The translations under genes were made by a program, and so were the position numbers. Below, piece after piece: positions 57,892 to 64,000 of a stretch of DNA of 64,000 bases. The notes below the pieces were generated by a model, which was not told the origin of the DNA, searched no databases, and was given only the letters and a program-made list of their open reading frames with translations. This stretch comes from a virus (taxonomy: Duplodnaviria > Caudoviricetes), in IMG/VR virus record IMGVR_UViG_3300008954_000001; one strand, written 5' to 3'. Within the stretch, counting starts at the first letter, position 1. Each line of letters begins with the position of its first letter.

Positions 57892-57919
57892 AAAAAAGCC
57901 CCTGTGGGTGGTTGGGGCC
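57892..57919 (-). terminator. Rho-independent terminator
   Basis: GCCCC/GGGGC stem with a T6 tail on the minus strand, downstream of the 113-aa gene. Confidence 0.55.
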
Positions 57920-58047
57920 TCATTAATAGGGTTGGTGGGTCGTGGACCGCACCCGCACCTATACGAGTCACCTATAGGAATCCCGTATCGGGCACGGATT
58001 GAAATAAAGTGGGTTTGTGCCGCACTGACGGGGAAAAGGCTTCCCGG

Positions 58048-58389
58048 TCAGTCTTTTAGGGACGTTTTCTCGCCCGCTTCTTCCGCTCGGTAGGCTTTCA
58101 AACGGTCGGCCAAATAGTTTCTAATAAGAAGGATTTGATCCTTCTGGCCGTTCAACCGTTGGAGTTGCTTATCCATCTCTTGTCGGAGAAGAACTTTTCG
58201 ATGCCGTAAGTCTTGGTGTTCTTGATAGATCCCCGCTCGCTGAAGGAGCTTGGTGATCTCAACATCGATTTCTTTGATCTTATCAACAGCTTCTTGTTGA
58301 TAGTGCTCTCGTTGATCGGAAATCCCTCGGACACCCCCATCAAGGATTTCGATTTCTCGAAGCAGAACTTCAACCGCCGTATTCGCCAT
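58048..58389 (-). CDS. Hypothetical coiled-coil protein (113 aa)
   Basis: Heptad-rich; 1-nt overlap with the upstream gene. Confidence 0.7.
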   Translation of the reverse strand: MANTAVEVLLREIEILDGGVRGISDQREHYQQEAVDKIKEIDVEITKLLQRAGIYQEHQDLRHRKVLLRQEMDKQLQRLNGQKDQILLIRNYLADRLKAYRAEEAGEKTSLKD

Positions 58390-58643
58390 TACATATGAGT
58401 CAGTGCCTTCATATTCCTAATCTCATCAGCATAGGTCAGCGCAGGCACTTTCGCTTTTCGGTTGAAGTAGTCGTTCTTGAGATCACGAATATTTGGAGTG
58501 TGCTCAAAGATAAAGAACACCCGATTTTGATCTCGAATCGTTTCAATTAGCGAAACCCCTGCAACCCGCAGATAAGCGGCATAATACAAGTCGGACGTTC
58601 GGTAACGCCTTTCTTCTACTGGCTCGCTCATAAGGTTCTCCAA
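58389..58643 (-). CDS. DUF5659-like small protein
   Basis: YRTSDLYYAAYL...RVFFIF pattern. Confidence 0.6.
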   Translation of the reverse strand: MENLMSEPVEERRYRTSDLYYAAYLRVAGVSLIETIRDQNRVFFIFEHTPNIRDLKNDYFNRKAKVPALTYADEIRNMKALTHM

Positions 58644-58691
58644 AAAGGGGTCATGTTATCTCCAGCCTCCCCTATACAAATGGGGGAGCCT

Positions 58692-58705
58692 ATCGGTAGC
58701 TTATC
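58692..58705 (-). promoter_or_regulatory. Candidate late-promoter motif GATA-N6-CGAT
   Basis: Variant of the recurring motif in a 64-bp intergenic gap. Confidence 0.3.
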
Positions 58706-58707
58706 GA

Positions 58708-59457
58708 TCAAGGGCCGTTTTGAAGCCCAAAAACCATGTTGAAGGTAGGTACGCTTTCCGCACCCCCCGCATTTCTATTGCTGGATACCAACACCTCCAT
58801 AGCATTGACATCGTATAAGCCGAGTTCTTCGCCCGAAGTAAGTTGGATCATCGGCATCCCCGGATGGAAGGCCACATGAAGATCCTCACCCGCCGCACCC
58901 AGATTCTTGATCCAGATCGAAGAGGAAAACATCGGCAAATGGAAGTGCATCGCCGCTTCGGGGGGGAAATCCCCCGGCGATGAAGCAAGCCCTGGTGCGG
59001 TCCCGTGCAAAGTTAGAACTGGCCGCACCCCTTGAATATAGTCCTTCGGCAAAACGATGTTGATCGGACCTTGGGCCTCAAAATCATCCAAAGCATCCGA
59101 GAACTTCTCGATCCGCATGAACATGATCTGGTCATCACTCGGAATCAGCGGAGCACCAACAGGGTCGAAGAAATCGTCGGGATCGAAGATCATCCGTGTG
59201 ACCCCTCGATCTCGACCAGCCCCGTGAACCACATGACGCTTGTTCTTCTTAATCGAATGTGAACGGAACCCCACACCAGCGGGAGCCGTGAATAGGCTTT
59301 CTGTTCCTGAACCACCTACGCCGTTAGTGTTGCCATACGCATGATCCAAGGTGTTCGCAGCACTAACTCGATACTGTGACACCCCACCCTCTTGCGAGAG
59401 CATCATGTCGATATAGTTGTTCTGGCGCTCTCGGACGTTGCCAATTACCCCTCTCAT
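58708..59457 (-). CDS. Hypothetical beta-rich protein (249 aa), probably virion-associated
   Basis: ATGA overlap with the upstream gene. Confidence 0.7.
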   Translation of the reverse strand: MRGVIGNVRERQNNYIDMMLSQEGGVSQYRVSAANTLDHAYGNTNGVGGSGTESLFTAPAGVGFRSHSIKKNKRHVVHGAGRDRGVTRMIFDPDDFFDPVGAPLIPSDDQIMFMRIEKFSDALDDFEAQGPINIVLPKDYIQGVRPVLTLHGTAPGLASSPGDFPPEAAMHFHLPMFSSSIWIKNLGAAGEDLHVAFHPGMPMIQLTSGEELGLYDVNAMEVLVSSNRNAGGAESVPTFNMVFGLQNGP

Positions 59458-59846
59458 GCGTCACCTCTTTTTTCTTTACGGATCAAGGAATCGTAGGATG
59501 ATGTGTCTTTCCCTTTCGAGCCAGCCAACTTTTTCGCATCCGACCAAGAAGCCACTCGCTCACCCTCTACATTCGGAGCAAGTTGAACGGGAGGAGCATC
59601 CCTTTTCTTCTCGTTTTCTTTCCCCGCCAATCGTTGATTCTTCGCTGCCATTTGACTTTTGATCCGAAGATTCTTACCCGGCCACGAGTCGCCTTTCAGG
59701 ACAAACCCTACGGGAGTGATCTGTTTGTCGGCGGATGTTTCACACACAGGACAAACCTGTGTTTTGTCATACTCAGCAAAAGGGAGATGTAATTCAAACT
59801 CCTTTTCGCACTCGTCGTTTGTGCATTGGTAAGCGTATATCGGCAT
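59454..59846 (-). CDS. FmdB-family zinc-ribbon protein (130 aa)
   Basis: MPIYAYQCTNDEC..EFE...CPVC pattern. Confidence 0.8.
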   Translation of the reverse strand: MPIYAYQCTNDECEKEFELHLPFAEYDKTQVCPVCETSADKQITPVGFVLKGDSWPGKNLRIKSQMAAKNQRLAGKENEKKRDAPPVQLAPNVEGERVASWSDAKKLAGSKGKDTSSYDSLIRKEKRGDA

Positions 59847-62401
59847 CAGTCTTTTCCCGTTAGATATCTATGAGCTACGTTACCCGCCTTCAGTTCCCCA
59901 CCCTGGAGCTTTCTACGGGGTTTGGCGGGCCGTTTTGCTCTGAAAGATACATTTTTGGAACTCATATAGGAGAGAGTTGCCAAAACGTGCTTGCAGGCTT
60001 TGTGCTGCCCTTCGGGGTCTTTCATATCGGGGCGGGTCGCCGTACCTCTTGGTTTACCGTATAAGTAACCACCAACCTTGGCCCAATGCTCCGGTCCTTG
60101 CCATTGCCAAAAGTTGCAATCACAGGACACGAGGACATCGGCTTTAGCCAGCGTTCTCAAATTGTTCTTACGAATGGCCTTGAGGCGCACTCGATGGGTG
60201 TCTTCGCCACCACTTACATCGAAAAGCCAAACCGCATTTCTGGGATCGACTCGCCGCCTTGCAACACTCAGGCTTCGAGATCGCTCGTGGATGTTCTCTG
60301 AACACCCCGACATAATCTCGGCCATCTTCGCCGCTACGATTTCTCGATGTGCTTGTTTGAGTCGGGCCGTTTTGCCTACGAACCCTTGGCCTCTCGGAAT
60401 CACTTTCGCTGATCCCGGCGCACCTGGACGATCTCTGTCCACGGGCATCCCATGTGCGGGGCTACGGTTCTCCCGTTCTTCCTTGAGCTTGTTTGGTCCA
60501 ACCCAAGTGGGCAGACCTTCGTGGGCCGCTTCTTCTTCGCCATCGGGCAAGCTCGTGGGGGACTTCTCTTTGGGGTTAGTTTCCCTTCGAGCCAGATCAG
60601 CCTTCTCAAAGTAGAAATCAGCCAACCTTTCTAAGTCAGCGGCTCGGCTGGCTACTCTGGCGGGTCCGTTTGGCATCGGCTCCGAGTCTTCCTCAGGAAA
60701 GGAGACCTGTCCAAAATATAGTGGGGCTTTTCCAAGAGCCGCATCAGCGTCCTCGGTGTCTCGTGGGAAAAGATCCCCCTCAGGAGTCCTCGTAATCTGT
60801 CGGCTCCCGCCCACTAAAACCTTGTGCATCAAGATTGAGGCTACAGACCCAAGCTGGTCTGCGGTCATCGTGTCGATGCTGGCTACCCCTGTTTCGGTCA
60901 TACACATGGCTTGGAACTCTTCGGAATTGCCACCTTCTTCCAGCAATTCCATGCACATACGCATCATATCGGCGTTTAGCTCCAGCCCAAAGGCTTCTTG
61001 GCCGACTTCTACATCAATCAAATCAAACATCGCCTCAACATCGGCCTCGGTCAAAAGAACAACCGAGTGCCAAAAAGCAGGTAGGGGCATAGAAGCGATC
61101 CGACCAGACTCCAAACGATAAGTAACATAGCCCGTCATGGTCGAGATGTTTCTGACGAAGCCCAAAGTCAGCTTTGCGCCAGTGACGAAAGCGATCTCTG
61201 GGGTGGTCAAAACCTCGGCGGTACGGACCTTGAATCGACGGGGGTTCGCCTTTTGGAGCTTCCTACGGACAGCTTGAATACGCTTGAACTTCGGGTTTCG
61301 CTTCAAACGTGCTCGGTAGATCCTCTGACGGGCCTTGATCTTGCCCTTATTCTTCCTACGGTAATTGCGAGACTTAACCCTCGCAAGCCCACGCTTCCGC
61401 TTACGACGGCCCCAACCTTTTCTCTGCGCTTTGTAAGCGGTTTTGTCCATAGCCAACACCTCTTCAGAATCAAGATATAGGCAATCCAGCGTTTCTACGA
61501 CTTCAAGGAAATCGGAAGAGTAAAGAAAGGTGCTTCGCAAAAAGAAATCTTGAAGGCTGATCTTACGAAACTTGCCCTTGTATTCGTAAACGACCTTTTC
61601 GGTATCCCCGTTCACCCCTCGAAGCTGACAAAGACCCTCCCCTGTCATGTAAACAGGGATATCGTAAAAAATCACGAACGAAGGGTTTTCGACCAAACTT
61701 GCCTTCTTCTTATCATCTTGCTTTTTGGTGTTGTGCTTAGTTGTGGTTCGAGCACGGCCTTTACGAGCATCCGAAGCTCGTTGTTTGGCGGAGTTGTAGC
61801 CCCCGCCGGGTTTGCGAGCAAACCATTGAGGGTGCTTCCTACGAAGCATTTTGTCTCTCTTGAACAGGCCCTTTTTACGGATGCGTCGATACCGAAGCAT
61901 TTGCTTTCGGATCACCTGCTTTCGGTTCTTCAAATACCAAAGGTGAGACTTCTTCTTGGCTGGACCCTTTTGACTTCTTTGGCGGGCCTTACCGGGGGGT
62001 TTCTTCCCCATAGCCGACCCCGCCTCGTGGTCCTCATCCCCCGTAAGAGTCCTACGGCGGAAAAGACCTTTGGACTGATCGATAGTCTCTGGTTTGTATT
62101 GATCCCCCGGCTTCCCCTTCGTCCTCACACGGTCCTCATGGAGGTTACCGTCAGGGTGGGAGCCAGACTCCCCAGGAGCGTTGTAAACGGGCTGTGCGGG
62201 GCGGTTAACTTGCCTACCTGGACCTCGTGGTGCAGGTAAAGCCTGTTCCCGCTGGTCGGGCTTTGAGGAAGGGTTTCTTGGGTCGCCTCCCGAATCCCCT
62301 AAAGATCGCTCTTTATGAGCATCAGGAGGGATGTTTTTCTCGCTGTCCTCATCAACCCAAGTCTTTTGGCCGGGAAGACTTTGAGGATTTCGATACCCCA
62401 T
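59846..62401 (-). CDS. Highly basic, internally duplicated protein with a C-terminal SWIM-type Zn finger (851 aa)
   Basis: Two K/R-rich tracts, each followed by a related folded domain; VSCDC...ACKHVLATL. Confidence 0.7.
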   Translation of the reverse strand: MGYRNPQSLPGQKTWVDEDSEKNIPPDAHKERSLGDSGGDPRNPSSKPDQREQALPAPRGPGRQVNRPAQPVYNAPGESGSHPDGNLHEDRVRTKGKPGDQYKPETIDQSKGLFRRRTLTGDEDHEAGSAMGKKPPGKARQRSQKGPAKKKSHLWYLKNRKQVIRKQMLRYRRIRKKGLFKRDKMLRRKHPQWFARKPGGGYNSAKQRASDARKGRARTTTKHNTKKQDDKKKASLVENPSFVIFYDIPVYMTGEGLCQLRGVNGDTEKVVYEYKGKFRKISLQDFFLRSTFLYSSDFLEVVETLDCLYLDSEEVLAMDKTAYKAQRKGWGRRKRKRGLARVKSRNYRRKNKGKIKARQRIYRARLKRNPKFKRIQAVRRKLQKANPRRFKVRTAEVLTTPEIAFVTGAKLTLGFVRNISTMTGYVTYRLESGRIASMPLPAFWHSVVLLTEADVEAMFDLIDVEVGQEAFGLELNADMMRMCMELLEEGGNSEEFQAMCMTETGVASIDTMTADQLGSVASILMHKVLVGGSRQITRTPEGDLFPRDTEDADAALGKAPLYFGQVSFPEEDSEPMPNGPARVASRAADLERLADFYFEKADLARRETNPKEKSPTSLPDGEEEAAHEGLPTWVGPNKLKEERENRSPAHGMPVDRDRPGAPGSAKVIPRGQGFVGKTARLKQAHREIVAAKMAEIMSGCSENIHERSRSLSVARRRVDPRNAVWLFDVSGGEDTHRVRLKAIRKNNLRTLAKADVLVSCDCNFWQWQGPEHWAKVGGYLYGKPRGTATRPDMKDPEGQHKACKHVLATLSYMSSKNVSFRAKRPAKPRRKLQGGELKAGNVAHRYLTGKD

Positions 62402-62817
62402 TATTCCCCCCGATTTATGTGGACCTTCTTCGCCGCCACCCTCTTTTGATGTCGATACGCCACTTTTTGAGCAGAAACGGAGACTCCTTTTGAGAAGCCT
62501 TGAGTGGCATGAACCGCCTCATCGACATGGGTGCGATCTGGGATCGGAATCCGCCCACGCAAGAAATCTTGCCCCATCTTCGACAGGGCATAGCTGGTCT
62601 TGTCGAGAATACGCTCCAACGAAGCTATCCGGTTGGGCAGCCCCTCCAGAACATCTCCAAGATACTGATACAATAGTTCGTCGTGCTCGGATGAATTCGC
62701 CAGCTTCACCAAACGGTCCACAAGATGACGGATTCGGTGGGCCTCCACACGGGACTCACCCACACCACACGTCAATAGTGCCCACGCTGCTTGGCTACTT
62801 GCTGTTTTTTCTGACAC
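62401..62817 (-). CDS. Hypothetical helical protein (~138 aa)
   Basis: GTG 62817 with AGGGAG RBS (the track start is 62835); TAATG overlap with the next gene. Confidence 0.7.
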   Translation of the reverse strand: MSEKTASSQAAWALLTCGVGESRVEAHRIRHLVDRLVKLANSSEHDELLYQYLGDVLEGLPNRIASLERILDKTSYALSKMGQDFLRGRIPIPDRTHVDEAVHATQGFSKGVSVSAQKVAYRHQKRVAAKKVHINRGE

Positions 62818-62862
62818 GCCATTCTCCCTTGGCACAACACATGGTTCTACCAGTGAACTCCA

Positions 62863-62876
62863 ATAGGGAGGATACC
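62863..62876 (-). promoter_or_regulatory. Candidate late-promoter motif GGTA-N6-CTAT
   Basis: Intergenic, upstream of the 138-aa/851-aa operon. Confidence 0.4.
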
Positions 62877-62879
62877 GTT

Positions 62880-63677
62880 TCAGGACTTCGAGAGGCGTTC
62901 CGTAATCATCTTGACAACAGAGGGAACTTCAACAGCTTGGATTAGAGAGAGGGTTTCGGTGTCTGAACCATAACTCTTCGTGGCATCACGACCACGAGTG
63001 CGCCAATGGCGACCCATATCCCATTCAACACCATTAGAAAGAGTAACGACCTTTGATTTCGCCGTCTTAGCCGTCTTTTTTGGAGTGGTGCTTGAAGCAG
63101 TCGCCGCATTTGGCAAAACATCTTCCAAAGTGTCTCCAACAATCGCCTCATCGACATCCCCCGTAGCGGTGGCAGTCTTTGTCACCGCTGGAGGAGGGTT
63201 ATTCGACAGCCGATTGATCTCTTGTTGCGCTGCCGAAGTGTCCGTCAGGGTAGTGCGTTGGCGAGCGGGAGTAGCGATTTTCCCTACTGTTTCCCCCTCT
63301 CCCGAAACCTCACCGCCGCCCTCAGTCGTCGATGTCGAATGAACCGTGCCGACTACCTTATTATCATCATAGGCTTGCGTCACGGGCATAGGCTTGCCCC
63401 GATCCTCAATGTTGGCCGCTTGAGCGGGACGGATATGGATATTGGCCGATTTCGGCTTGTAGGTTGAAGTTGTGTCCGTGGATGGAACGAGCCAACCTGA
63501 CATGACGGCCCCCCGTAGTTGAGGCAAGGCATGATTATCCCCCTCATACTTCAAGGTGTGTCCGTCAAACTCAATCTCTTCGTCCTTTTCAAGATACCTC
63601 TCCAATCGCCCCAAATGGATTTGGGTTACGACTCGGAAAGTCTCGAACTCACCTTTTACGAAATTGTGCTTGGACAT
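62880..63677 (-). CDS. Hypothetical protein (265 aa) with a Thr/Ala-rich linker
   Basis: RBS AGGAGG; folded N- and C-terminal segments. Confidence 0.7.
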   Translation of the reverse strand: MSKHNFVKGEFETFRVVTQIHLGRLERYLEKDEEIEFDGHTLKYEGDNHALPQLRGAVMSGWLVPSTDTTSTYKPKSANIHIRPAQAANIEDRGKPMPVTQAYDDNKVVGTVHSTSTTEGGGEVSGEGETVGKIATPARQRTTLTDTSAAQQEINRLSNNPPPAVTKTATATGDVDEAIVGDTLEDVLPNAATASSTTPKKTAKTAKSKVVTLSNGVEWDMGRHWRTRGRDATKSYGSDTETLSLIQAVEVPSVVKMITERLSKS

Positions 63678-63743
63678 AGGGAATGCCTCCTAAGGAAAAA
63701 ATCTTGCCATATCATACCCACCCCAAAACGGTAGATAAGGATA

Positions 63744-64000
63744 TCAGCGGGTTTGCCGAAGGAGTCTAATCTCCGCTTTGAGGGTTTCGATCTGATCTTG
63801 TTGTTCTTGGACAGCTTTGACCAAAGGGGCAAGCAATTCGGTGTAAATCATGCCGATTCCTTCTTCCGATTCAGATACCCCGGCAAAAGCCTTCCCTTTC
63901 AGTGCGGTCTTTACTTGATCTCCAAGAAATCCGTAGTGGCGATCATCATCTGCTCCCGCTCGGAATTTATAGGATACGGGCCTTACTGACATGATGAAGT
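63744..64000 (-). CDS. C-terminal intramolecular chaperone (peptidase S74-like) domain of a fibre/spike protein; 5' end beyond the right edge
   Basis: FIMSVRPVSYKF...HYGFLGDQV...YTELLAPLVKAVQEQ followed by a coiled coil; frame open to position 64000. Confidence 0.85.
   Translation of the reverse strand, partial: FIMSVRPVSYKFRAGADDDRHYGFLGDQVKTALKGKAFAGVSESEEGIGMIYTELLAPLVKAVQEQQDQIETLKAEIRLLRQTR

Noticed and set aside
1-64000. Alternative genetic code (stop-codon reassignment)
   Set aside because: Genes tile densely under code 11, and TAA, TAG and TGA all end ORFs, often in stop/start overlaps.
1-64000. CRISPR array, diversity-generating retroelement, introns/inteins, IS elements
   Set aside because: I saw no regularly spaced repeats, reverse transcriptase, TR/VR pair, homing endonuclease, intein motifs or transposase.

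Overview
This window is the virion-morphogenesis (late) region of a large tailed dsDNA phage with a contractile tail (myovirus, jumbo-phage-like organisation). It is about 52% GC by eye and uses the standard code with AGGAG-type RBSs. Most genes lie on the minus strand. In transcription order (right to left) they are: the end of a fibre gene with a peptidase-S74-like chaperone domain, a block of head-associated and unknown genes (including a very basic 851-aa SWIM-finger protein), a 2.2-kaa fibre/decoration protein, a head-tail adaptor, neck proteins, an actin-fold ATPase, a tail terminator-like protein, a giant 1639-aa sheath, the tube, two tail chaperones, the tape measure, two tube-initiator-like paralogues, the hub and the gp5-like spike. 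The last gene is a >3600-aa baseplate/fibre ORF that runs off the left edge and is missing from the supplied ORF track. Two accessory islands interrupt the late module. One is a plus-strand SNF2/HARP-like helicase with a partner gene, wedged between sheath and tube. The other is a mixed-strand island at 44.8-49.1 kb containing a thermonuclease, a peptide deformylase, an ABC-ATPase-GNAT fusion and a non-canonical tRNA(Ser)-like RNA. Two recurring intergenic motifs look like two phage promoter classes. No capsid, portal, terminase, integrase or CRISPR array is visible. Family assignments come from motif recognition and synteny only; no database search was run.
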